A DNA stretch of 32,000 bases from Mycolicibacterium smegmatis (GTDB taxonomy: Bacteria; Actinomycetota; Actinomycetes; Mycobacteriales; Mycobacteriaceae), in the NCBI RefSeq assembly GCF_001457595.1, contig NZ_LN831039.1, positions 1,260,001 to 1,292,000 of the forward strand. The letters run 5' to 3'. Shown in pieces: positions 9,606-17,501 of the stretch. The notes beneath the pieces are model-generated. The model saw only the letters and a program-made list of their open reading frames with translations, searched no databases and was not told the DNA's origin. Position numbers and translations under genes: made by a program. Position 1 is the stretch's first letter, and each line of letters begins with the position of its first letter.

Positions 9606-11146
9606 CAACTGTGACCGTCAAAGTCGGGGTGGGACCGCTCGCGCCGTCGGACGTGCTGCACGTCGCGCGCGACAACGCTCTGGTGGTGCTGACCCCCGAT
9701 GCGTCGGCCGCCATCGCCAAGTCCCGTGACGCGGTCGAGCAGTTGGCCCAGGCGCCGGTTCCTGCCTACGGGGTGTCCACCGGGTTCGGTGCACTGGCCA
9801 CCCGGCACGTCGCCCCGGAACTGCGGGTGGCACTGCAGAAGTCGCTGGTGCGTTCGCACGCCGCGGGCACCGGGCCCGAGGTCGAGCGCGAAGTGGTGCG
9901 CGCGATGATGCTGCTGCGGTTGTCGACGCTGGCCACCGGCCACACCGGGATCCGGCCGCAGACCGCCGAACTCATGGCCGCGATGCTCAGCGCCGGCATC
10001 ACCCCGGTGGTGCGCGAATACGGCAGCCTCGGCTGTTCGGGTGATCTCGCGCCGCTGGCCCACTGCGCGCTCGCGCTGATGGGGGAGGGTGAGGTGCGCG
10101 ACGCGTCCGGCACGCTGCGCCCGGCGGCCGACGCCCTGGCGGCGGCTGGACTGCAACCCGTGCAGCTGTCCGAGAAAGAGGGCCTGGCGCTGATCAACGG
10201 GACCGACGGCATGCTGGGCATGCTCATCCTCGCGCAGCACGATCTCGCGATGCTGCTCAAGACGGCCGACATCGCCGCGGCCATGAGCGTCGAGGCGCTG
10301 CTCGGCACCGACCGCGTCTTCGCCGACGACCTGCAGGCGCTGCGCCCGCATCCGGGTCAGCGAACCAGCGCGTCGAACCTGCGCCGTCTGCTTGCCGACT
10401 CGGCCATCATGGAATCGCACCGCGGCCCGGACTGCACCGTGGTGCAGGACGCGTACTCGCTGCGCTGCTCACCACAGGTGCACGGCGCTGCCCACGACAC
10501 CCTGGAACACACCCGCATGGTCGCGGCCCGTGAACTGGCGGCCGCGGTCGACAACCCCGTGGTGCTGCACGACGGACGCGTGGAATCCAACGGGAACTTC
10601 CACGGCGCCCCGATCGGATATGCGTTGGATTTCCTGGCGATCCCGGTCGCCGACGTCGCCAGCATGTCCGAACGACGCACCGACCGCCTGCTCGACCCGA
10701 GCCGCAACAAGGGCCTTCCGCCGTTCCTCGCCGACGATCCCGGCGTCGACTCCGGCCACATGATCGCGCAGTACACGCAGGCCTCGATCGTGTCCGAACT
10801 CAAGCGCCTGGCCACCCCTGCCAGCGTCGACTCCATCCCGTCGAGCGCCATGCAAGAGGACCACGTCTCGATGGGCTGGTCGTCGGCGCGCAAGCTGCGG
10901 CGGGCCGTCGACGGTCTCAAGAACGTACTTGCCATCGAGATCCTCACCGCGGCACGGGCACTGGACCTGCGCGCACCCCTGACTCCGGCGCCGGCGACGG
11001 CCGCGGTGGTGAAGGCGTTGCGTGACCATGTCGCCGGTCCCGGTCCCGACCGCTTCCTGGCGCCCGAAATCGAAGCTGCCGCCACGATGGTCGGCAACGG
11101 GGCGATGGTCGCCGCCGCGGAATCGGCCATCGGGGCATTGCATTAA
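9602..11146 (+). CDS. hutH: Histidine ammonia-lyase
   Basis: ATGA overlap with the hutI stop. The fold is the lyase class I_like/HAL family, with the MIO-forming segment [14 protein letters not shown] (Cys-Ser-Gly instead of Ala-Ser-Gly). Confidence 0.95.
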   Translation: MTTVTVKVGVGPLAPSDVLHVARDNALVVLTPDASAAIAKSRDAVEQLAQAPVPAYGVSTGFGALATRHVAPELRVALQKSLVRSHAAGTGPEVEREVVRAMMLLRLSTLATGHTGIRPQTAELMAAMLSAGITPVVREYGSLGCSGDLAPLAHCALALMGEGEVRDASGTLRPAADALAAAGLQPVQLSEKEGLALINGTDGMLGMLILAQHDLAMLLKTADIAAAMSVEALLGTDRVFADDLQALRPHPGQRTSASNLRRLLADSAIMESHRGPDCTVVQDAYSLRCSPQVHGAAHDTLEHTRMVAARELAAAVDNPVVLHDGRVESNGNFHGAPIGYALDFLAIPVADVASMSERRTDRLLDPSRNKGLPPFLADDPGVDSGHMIAQYTQASIVSELKRLATPASVDSIPSSAMQEDHVSMGWSSARKLRRAVDGLKNVLAIEILTAARALDLRAPLTPAPATAAVVKALRDHVAGPGPDRFLAPEIEAAATMVGNGAMVAAAESAIGALH

Positions 11147-11235
11147 ATTCTGAGTGTTCTCTTGGGAACTTGTGAAAACTCTATGCCTCTGCGATCTCGC
11201 ACGGCATGGCTTGAAACGCTGTGCCAGCATGAGCT

Positions 11236-12123
11236 ATGGGGAGGTTGAGACTCGCCGGTCTCGTTGCCGTTGCGGCGGCAGCGACGTCCGGCATGCAGAT
11301 CGCGGCGATGCCGTCCGCAATGGCGGCACCGTGTCCGGATGCTGAAGTGATATTCGCCCGCGGCACAACGGAATTGCCCGGCCTCGGTCCCACCGGGGAC
11401 GCGTTCGTCGAGGCGTTGCGCCCGCAGCTCGGCGACAAGACACTGGGCGTCTACGCCGTCGACTACCCGGCCACCACCGCGTTCTCCACAGCGGTACAAG
11501 GCATTGCCGATGCCCGGGCCCGTATTCTGGCCAACGCCGCCAACTGTCCCGACACCAAAATGGTGCTCGGCGGATTCTCACAAGGTGCCGCGGTGATGGG
11601 ATTCGTCACCTCAAGCGCTGTGCCCGATGGTGTTTCGCCCGCGGAAGTGCCCGCACCCATGCCGCCCGAGATCGCCGATCACGTTGCTGCCGTGGCCTTG
11701 TTCGGCAAACCGTCACCGCGGTTCATGCGGGTGCTCAACGATCCACCGGTGGTCGTCGGCCCGTACTACGCCGCGAAGGCCATCGATCTGTGCGTCGACA
11801 ACGATCTGGTGTGCGATCCGAAGGGCAGCAGTTTCGCGGTACACAACCAATATCAGGAATTCGGGCTCGTAACGCAGGCCGCGACGTTCGTCGCGCAGAA
11901 ACTCCAGGCGGACTGGGCGGCCGAAGAGGCCGCCGACGAGGAAACCCCTGACGAGGCCACACCGGCACCGCGCACACCACCGACCCGCACACCGTCGCCG
12001 CTGTCGGCCCCGGTCGGTGCCACACCGCCGGTCCAGCAGATCGCGTCGACGCCGGCGCCGGTCGGTACGGGTCCGCTGCCCGGGCCTGCCGTCGCGCCGC
12101 CCCCGACGGCGCCGCTGGCCTGA
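11236..12123 (+). CDS. Secreted cutinase-family serine esterase with a Pro-rich C-terminal extension
   Basis: Signal peptide (MGRLRLAGLVAVAAAATSG..AMAAP), CPDAEVIFARGTTE, the nucleophile elbow GGFSQGA, and late D/H regions (CVDNDLVCD, FAVHNQY). The last ~70 aa are Pro/Thr/Ala-rich. Confidence 0.85.
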   Translation: MGRLRLAGLVAVAAAATSGMQIAAMPSAMAAPCPDAEVIFARGTTELPGLGPTGDAFVEALRPQLGDKTLGVYAVDYPATTAFSTAVQGIADARARILANAANCPDTKMVLGGFSQGAAVMGFVTSSAVPDGVSPAEVPAPMPPEIADHVAAVALFGKPSPRFMRVLNDPPVVVGPYYAAKAIDLCVDNDLVCDPKGSSFAVHNQYQEFGLVTQAATFVAQKLQADWAAEEAADEETPDEATPAPRTPPTRTPSPLSAPVGATPPVQQIASTPAPVGTGPLPGPAVAPPPTAPLA

Positions 12124-12128
12124 CCTAG
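12105..12128 (+). repeat. Left copy of a perfect 24-bp direct repeat GACGGCGCCGCTGGCCTGACCTAG
   Basis: Identical to 17478-17501. It contains the last codons and TGA of the cutinase gene and the CTAG occupied by the IS630 element. Confidence 0.95.
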
Positions 12129-13186
12129 TGTCGCGCGTCTGAAGTTTGTTTACGAGTGTGGGGCAGGATTTCGTCGGCGGTCTTGGTCCACACGAATGGG
12201 TGGGCGCGTTGGTTCCAGCCCTCGATGAAGGCGCTGATGGCAGCGATGAGTTCTTTAACGCTGTTGAACGAGCCCCGGCGGATTGCTTGGCGGGTGATGA
12301 TCGAGAAGAACACCTCGACCAGGTTCAACCAGGAGCCTGAGGTCAGGGTGAAATGCAGTGTCACGCGGGGATTCTTGACCAACCACGCATTGATGTCAGC
12401 GTGTTTGTGGGTGTGGTAGTTGTCGCACACCACATGCAGTTTGCGGCGCGGGTAGGCCCGGGCGACCGTCTTGAGGAAATCGAGGAACTCGGCTTTGCCG
12501 TGCCGCTCGTAGCAGCGGTCGGTCACTTTGCCGGTTGCGATTTCCAAGGCGGCGAACAACGTGGCGGTGCCGTTGCGCTGATAGTCGTGGGTCGCCTTCT
12601 CCGGCAGTCCCGGACGCAACGGCAAAATCGGCTGGGTGCGGTTGAGTGCCTGAATCTGGCTCTTTTCGTCCACGCACAACACGACCGCCTTTTCTGGCGG
12701 GTTCAGATACAGGCCGATCACGTCACGGACCTTGGCCTCCAGTTCAGGGTCGGTGGAGAACTTGAACGTCTCGCGCCGCCACGGTTTGACCCCGTAGCGT
12801 CGCCACGCCCGGGCCACCGTGGCATCCCCGATCCCGAGGTGCTTTCCGAGCAGTCGACTCGACCAGTGGGTCACGGCCAACGATTCCGGTGGCGGCTCGA
12901 GCGTGGTCGCCAGGATCTCGGCGTCATCGACCGTCTTGGGTCGGCCGCTGCGTGGTTCGTCATCAAGCCCCTCAATGCCGAACGCGGCGAACCGATCCCG
13001 CCACTTGATCACCGTCGGCCGCGACACCCCCACCTGCCGCGCCGCACCCGAGGTCCCCGCACCGTCGGCCACCGCCAGCACGATCCGCGCCCGCTCAACA
13101 CGGCCGGCAGGCACCGTCGAGGACCGCGTCCACGACTCCAACGTCACACGATCTTCAGAACTGATCACCAATGTGGATGACGGCAT
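12125..13186 (-). CDS. IS630-family DDE transposase
   Basis: 353 aa. N-terminal HTH (GVSRPTVIKWRDRF), RSGRP motif, DEKSQIQAL, CDNYHTHKH and SWLNLVEVFF are typical of IS630/Tc1-like bacterial transposases. The TAG stop (12127-12125) is built from the TA duplication plus the flanking target base. Confidence 0.9.
   Translation of the reverse strand: MPSSTLVISSEDRVTLESWTRSSTVPAGRVERARIVLAVADGAGTSGAARQVGVSRPTVIKWRDRFAAFGIEGLDDEPRSGRPKTVDDAEILATTLEPPPESLAVTHWSSRLLGKHLGIGDATVARAWRRYGVKPWRRETFKFSTDPELEAKVRDVIGLYLNPPEKAVVLCVDEKSQIQALNRTQPILPLRPGLPEKATHDYQRNGTATLFAALEIATGKVTDRCYERHGKAEFLDFLKTVARAYPRRKLHVVCDNYHTHKHADINAWLVKNPRVTLHFTLTSGSWLNLVEVFFSIITRQAIRRGSFNSVKELIAAISAFIEGWNQRAHPFVWTKTADEILPHTRKQTSDARH
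12128..12162. repeat. IS630 terminal inverted repeat (transposase 3' end)
   Basis: GTGTCGCGCGTCTGAAGTTTGTTTACGAGTGTGGG. The first 12 nt and the inner TTTAC..AGTGTGGG match the reverse complement of 13197-13230. Confidence 0.8.
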
Positions 13187-13196
13187 ACACCATCAT

Positions 13197-13230
13197 CCCA
13201 CACTGTAAACTAATTAATGACGCGCGACAC
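13197..13230. repeat. IS630 terminal inverted repeat (transposase 5' end)
   Basis: CCCACACTGTAAACTAATTAATGACGCGCGACAC, an imperfect reverse complement of 12128-12162. Confidence 0.8.
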
Positions 13231-13270
13231 TAGTGGCGCCGATGAACCCCAACCTGCGCCATCGTGAGGG

Positions 13271-14293
13271 TCACAACACCGGAAAGGCTTCCAGGGTGGT
13301 CTGAACCTGCGCGGTGGCTCGCCCCTCTCGACTCAGCACGCGACCGAGTTGTTTCGCCGTGTGCAGGCAGATGGCGCGATCGACAATGGTCAACTCGGGC
13401 GCGCGTTCGTACAGCGTCCGCTCGAGTTGCGGCAGGGCATCCAATGAGCGCAGCCAGACCATCAGGAGAAGATTGCGCGGGCCGGTCAGGCTGCAGCACA
13501 ACCGAACCTGTGGCAGCGCGGCGAACGACTGCACCGTGCTCTCGACGTGTGTGGGAGGCGTCGCGGCCCACAAGACCGCCGATACCGGCCAACCGGAGAC
13601 GGATTGCACGACTTCGCAACGCAACCTCAGGATTCCGCTGTTCAGAAGGCGATTTGCGCGCCGGCGCACCGTCGGCTCGCTGACGCCGGCGCGCTCGGCA
13701 AGCGTGGTGAACGGCATTCGGCCGTCCTCATGAAGCAGCTGGTAGATCTGCTGGTCGACCGCTTCCAGTCGGATATCGTGGGCACGTTCCTCGGCTTCGG
13801 TACCGGCTTCCAACGCGCGCTGTTGGTCCTGGTCCAGGCTTCGCAGCCGCCAACGGCTGGGCTCCACGTGGCCGGCTGTGCGGATCTCGGCGTGGTAGCT
13901 GCGAATGCCGGGCATCGGTTCGACCGTGTCACGGATGTACTCAGAGATCAGCGTCGGTGAGCTTCGTGCCACCACGATGAGCAGGCCCCGCGGTCCCGTC
14001 AGGTGGTGGATGTAGACCACCTCGGGCTGTCGGACAAAGGCATCCTGCACGGCGTCGAACTCGCCACGTACGCATTCGATCTCGATGTAGGCCAGGCAGA
14101 ACGTGTTGTGTCGCGGTGGTCCGACTCCGCAGGTCACCCAAGCGTATCCCTCGGTCTGCAGACGCCTCCAGCGCCGCGCCACCGTGGCCGGATCCAGATC
14201 CAACGCCCGGCCCAAGATCGCCCACGATCCACGCGGGGCCACCTGCAGAGCATTGAGGAGCGCCAGGTCGGTTTCATCGACGAGATCCTGCAT
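13271..14293 (-). CDS. Tandem (double) Lrp/AsnC-family transcriptional regulator
   Basis: The track ORF is trimmed to Met62 (ATG at 14293). It has two consecutive HTH+RAM modules. The HTH segments are DLALLNALQVAPRGSWAILGRALDLDPATVARRWRRL and IYQLLHEDGRMPFTTLAERAGVSEPTVRRRANRL, and each is followed by an AsnC-type ligand domain. Confidence 0.85.
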   Translation of the reverse strand: MQDLVDETDLALLNALQVAPRGSWAILGRALDLDPATVARRWRRLQTEGYAWVTCGVGPPRHNTFCLAYIEIECVRGEFDAVQDAFVRQPEVVYIHHLTGPRGLLIVVARSSPTLISEYIRDTVEPMPGIRSYHAEIRTAGHVEPSRWRLRSLDQDQQRALEAGTEAEERAHDIRLEAVDQQIYQLLHEDGRMPFTTLAERAGVSEPTVRRRANRLLNSGILRLRCEVVQSVSGWPVSAVLWAATPPTHVESTVQSFAALPQVRLCCSLTGPRNLLLMVWLRSLDALPQLERTLYERAPELTIVDRAICLHTAKQLGRVLSREGRATAQVQTTLEAFPVL

Positions 14294-14363
14294 ACGGCAA
14301 CTGTATAGAGATCGATTTTGACGGAATCCTGCATCATGCAGCCTACTTCGATCATCGGCCTTT

Positions 14364-14383
14364 TGCTCTTCACCACCACATGT
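14364..14383. promoter_or_regulatory. 14-bp perfect palindrome CACCACATGTGGTG followed by GTGTCAC, a candidate operator upstream of the permease gene
   Basis: The palindrome is at 14364-14377 and the reverse-strand TGACAC at 14375-14380, 26 nt upstream of the ATG at 14406. It resembles the ACACATGTGT-CAC element at 3017-3029. Confidence 0.35.
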
Positions 14384-14405
14384 GGTGTCACAGCAGGGGA
14401 GTGTG

Positions 14406-15875
14406 ATGAACAGCAGTAAGCAAAGTCCCGATGTCGGAATCGATGCTGGGGCTGCTTCAACGCCTGCGGAGCCCAATCACGCCGCAAGGCCGGGACACGA
14501 TGGGCGGCGGCACCGGATCCTCTACGCAGCCGCAGTGGCCGCCCTCGGGGTATCCGTGGTCATCGGCGTCGCCGTCGATGGCCCCACGATGTGGGGTCTT
14601 CTCCCGCTCGCCACTTACGTGGTTCTCGCGCTGTGTGGGATGGACCTCGTCATCGCCACGGTGGTGTCGGTGGCATCGGCGTTGTTGGTTCTGCTCCCGA
14701 CACCGGCCGCCGCCGGGGAGATACTCGGGGAGTCCCTGGGCGACCAGGTGACCATGATCGGACTGATCATCCTGCTCGGTGCAGGACTGGCCGAGGTGCT
14801 ACGAGCCACCGGTGTGGCTGGCCGAATAGTGCAATCTGTCATGCGCATTGCGGGCGACAAGAGCCGAACCGCGGTCACCTTGGGGATGATGCTCTCGTGC
14901 CTGATCCTGGTGGCGGCACTCGGCACGCTCGCCGGCGCACTCGCCATCGCGGTCCCGCTGCTGCTGCCGATCGCGGCGAAGCTGGGCTTCACGCGCTCAG
15001 CGCTGACGTCGACGATTTTCATCGGTGGATGCGCAGGACTGGCGATGGCACCATTCGCCGGCTCGAACATCGCTGTGATGGACGCCGCGGATGTCGGATA
15101 CCTGCAATACGTGGCCTACGGCGCAGGCCCGCTGGCGGTGCTGTCCTTGGTCGTCGGGCTGATCGTGGTGCCGTGGATGCAGCGCCGCACCGCACGCGAG
15201 AACGACTACTACCGCGACGACGAGATCGGTACCGACGATCAGCTCCAGCACCCGCACGCATCGAGGGCCACGGTCGTGTTCTCGGTCGGTCTGCTCACCA
15301 GCGTGTTGTATGCCACCCTCACCTCGGCGGAAACCAGCTTTCCGCTACTCGCACTGCCGGTGCTCGCGATCATCACCGGGCTGGCCGGTGGTCTCTCGCC
15401 GACGCTGATCGCCGGTCGCGTCTACGCCGGCGCGGCCGGCCTGATGAACATCTTCCTGCTGTTCTGGTTGCTCGCGGTGCTCTTCAATGCGATGAATCGC
15501 ATCGACCCATTCGGCGTGGTACTCGATACGTACGGAAGCGGACTCGAACACCTCGGCGCCTTCTCGTTCGCGTTGATCATCGCACTACTGGGTTGGGTGG
15601 GGGTGCCAGGAGCGACGGCGCCGCAGGTTGTCCTGCTGGACAAGTTGTTCGGCGAACTCGCCGGCGCGCTCGGCGTGAGTGCGGGAACCTGGGTGGTGGT
15701 CCTGCTGTTCGCTTCCAAGGCCGACACCTACGGTCCGTTCCCGAACGCCAACATGGTCGGCGCCATGGGTTTGGCCCGATCGCTGAGCTTGCGCAACATC
15801 CTGCTGACCGGGTGGGCACTGCTCATCCCCGCGGTGGTCATGTACATCGCCATCATGTTCGTCGAAACCCGCTGA
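14406..15875 (+). CDS. Ion-transporter-superfamily permease (GntP/NhaC-like)
   Basis: The ATG at 14406 is preceded by GGGGAG (14395-14400). The protein is polytopic and its segments are typical of GntP-like carriers (GLIILLGAGLAEVLRATGVAGRIVQSVMRIAG, AVPLLLPIAAKLGF). The substrate is unknown. Confidence 0.7.
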   Translation: MNSSKQSPDVGIDAGAASTPAEPNHAARPGHDGRRHRILYAAAVAALGVSVVIGVAVDGPTMWGLLPLATYVVLALCGMDLVIATVVSVASALLVLLPTPAAAGEILGESLGDQVTMIGLIILLGAGLAEVLRATGVAGRIVQSVMRIAGDKSRTAVTLGMMLSCLILVAALGTLAGALAIAVPLLLPIAAKLGFTRSALTSTIFIGGCAGLAMAPFAGSNIAVMDAADVGYLQYVAYGAGPLAVLSLVVGLIVVPWMQRRTARENDYYRDDEIGTDDQLQHPHASRATVVFSVGLLTSVLYATLTSAETSFPLLALPVLAIITGLAGGLSPTLIAGRVYAGAAGLMNIFLLFWLLAVLFNAMNRIDPFGVVLDTYGSGLEHLGAFSFALIIALLGWVGVPGATAPQVVLLDKLFGELAGALGVSAGTWVVVLLFASKADTYGPFPNANMVGAMGLARSLSLRNILLTGWALLIPAVVMYIAIMFVETR

Positions 15876-15883
15876 GTAGCAGC

Positions 15884-17479
15884 ATGAATCACGCCATCAC
15901 ACATGACATCGTCATCACCGGCGGACGAGTGATCGACGGTACCGGTCGCCCGGCCGAACGGGCCGATCTCGCCGTGACAGGCGACGTCATCACCGCCATC
16001 GGGATGGGCCCGTACCAGGCCACCACCCGTATCGACGCCACCGATCGCGTCGTCGCGCCGGGATTCATCGATCTGCACTCCCACGCCGATTTCACCGTCG
16101 CCGGCCACCCGACTGCCGAAACCGCGATAGCACAGGGCGTGACGACGCTGATCACCGGCAACTGCGGCCAGTCGACGTTTCCGGTGCGCGACCAGGAAGA
16201 GGCTCGACTCTCCACGGCTTTTCGCGATTTCCCGCTGAGCTGGGAGTGGACCGATGCGGCAGGCTTCGGCGAGACCGTGATGGCCGCGGGTCCCGCGGTG
16301 AACGTGGGTCTGCAGGTCGGGCACAACGCACTGCGTGTCGCCGTGATGGGGCAGCAGGACCGTGCCCCCGACACTCGCGAACTGCGCGAAATGTGTTCCT
16401 TGATCGAGGAATCGGCGCAACACCCCGGCGTGGTCGGTTTCTCCACCGGGCTGATCTACATTCCGGGTTTGTTCGCGTTCACGGATGAGCTCGTCGCGTT
16501 GGTCTCCGCGGCCGCCTCGTGCGATCTGCTCTACTCGACACACATGCGCAGCGAGACATCGGAACTCGTCGAGGCGGTCGAGGAGGCGATCGGTACCGCC
16601 GAGCGCTCGGGTGCGCGGTTGGAGATCTCTCACCTCAAAGCCATGGGCCCGGAGAACTGGGGAGCGGTCGACAAAGCGCTCGAGCTGATCGACGCGGCCC
16701 GCGCGCGGGGCGTGGATGTGGCGGCTGACGTCTACCCCTACACCGCGTCCAGTACGGACCTCTCCTCTCGCGTACCCAGATGGGCCATCGACGGTGGCCG
16801 CCCGGCTCTGCTGGACCGATTGGCGGACCCGGTGCAGCGCGCACGCATCGCCGAGGAGATGCGAGCTCGGTTCGGGCGCGATATCGACCCGGAGGGCGTC
16901 GTCATCGCCGACCTGCCGCCGGGAGAGTTCGATAGCTATGTGGGGTGGTCGATCGCGCGGATAGGGCGGGATCGAGGTGTGGACGCCGCCGAGGTGGCCC
17001 TCGACGTACTTGCCGCGCACGCGGGTTCGGTGACCATCGTCAACCATGCGATGAGCGAAGACGATGTGCGTACCGTCCTGGCTCATCCATGGGTTTCGGT
17101 GGCCAGCGACGGCTGGATGCTCGCCCCCTCCGGTCCCGGTCGGCCGCACCCACGCAGCTTCGGCACCTTCCCACGAGTGCTCGGTCGCTATGTGCGCGAG
17201 CAGCCGACCATTTCACTGGAAGAGGCGATCCGCAAAATGACCACGTTGCCCGCATCCCGGATCGGCATCACCGACCGTGGCTCGTTGACCGTCGGCGCGG
17301 CCGCCGACATCGTGGTGCTCGATCCCCATTCGATCGCGGACACGTCCACTTTCGACGATCCGTGGCAGCTTGCCCGAGGTGTCCACACCGTACTGGTCAA
17401 CGGCACACCTACATTGCTGGACGGCGAATTCACCAAGAATCACGCGGGCAGGCTCCTGCAGAAGCGGAAGCCGGCGTGA
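15884..17479 (+). CDS. N-acyl-D-amino-acid deacylase (D-aminoacylase) family amidohydrolase
   Basis: The track ORF 14591..17479 is trimmed to the ATG at 15884; the upstream part is an Arg-rich shadow over the permease gene. MNHAITHDIVITGGRVIDGTGRP..VAPGFIDLHSHADF..QGVTTLITGNCGQS matches the D-aminoacylase family. Confidence 0.85.
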   Translation: MNHAITHDIVITGGRVIDGTGRPAERADLAVTGDVITAIGMGPYQATTRIDATDRVVAPGFIDLHSHADFTVAGHPTAETAIAQGVTTLITGNCGQSTFPVRDQEEARLSTAFRDFPLSWEWTDAAGFGETVMAAGPAVNVGLQVGHNALRVAVMGQQDRAPDTRELREMCSLIEESAQHPGVVGFSTGLIYIPGLFAFTDELVALVSAAASCDLLYSTHMRSETSELVEAVEEAIGTAERSGARLEISHLKAMGPENWGAVDKALELIDAARARGVDVAADVYPYTASSTDLSSRVPRWAIDGGRPALLDRLADPVQRARIAEEMRARFGRDIDPEGVVIADLPPGEFDSYVGWSIARIGRDRGVDAAEVALDVLAAHAGSVTIVNHAMSEDDVRTVLAHPWVSVASDGWMLAPSGPGRPHPRSFGTFPRVLGRYVREQPTISLEEAIRKMTTLPASRIGITDRGSLTVGAAADIVVLDPHSIADTSTFDDPWQLARGVHTVLVNGTPTLLDGEFTKNHAGRLLQKRKPA

Positions 17480-17501
17480 CGGCGCCGCTGGCCTGACCTA
17501 G
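17478..17501 (+). repeat. Right copy of the perfect 24-bp direct repeat GACGGCGCCGCTGGCCTGACCTAG
   Basis: Identical to 12105-12128. It starts inside the deacylase stop codon (TGA 17477-17479). Its CTAG supplies the TAG stop of the convergent gene at 17498-17500. Confidence 0.95.

Larger units (their letters stand above)
12126..13232 (-). mobile_element. IS630-family insertion sequence (element 12128-13230 plus duplicated TA) in a 5'-CTAG-3' target
   Basis: One DDE transposase ORF. The terminal inverted repeats are imperfect, ~35 bp, and start with GTGTCGCGCGTC. The flanks read C-TA[IS]TA-G, the classical IS630 TA duplication within CTAG. Confidence 0.85.

Noticed and set aside
11147-11235. 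AT-richer spacer between hutH and the cutinase gene, with short inverted repeats (ATGCC..GGCAT).
   Set aside because: The stems are only 5 bp with a 15-nt loop, and there is no U-tract or conserved motif. This is not enough for a terminator or RNA-element call.
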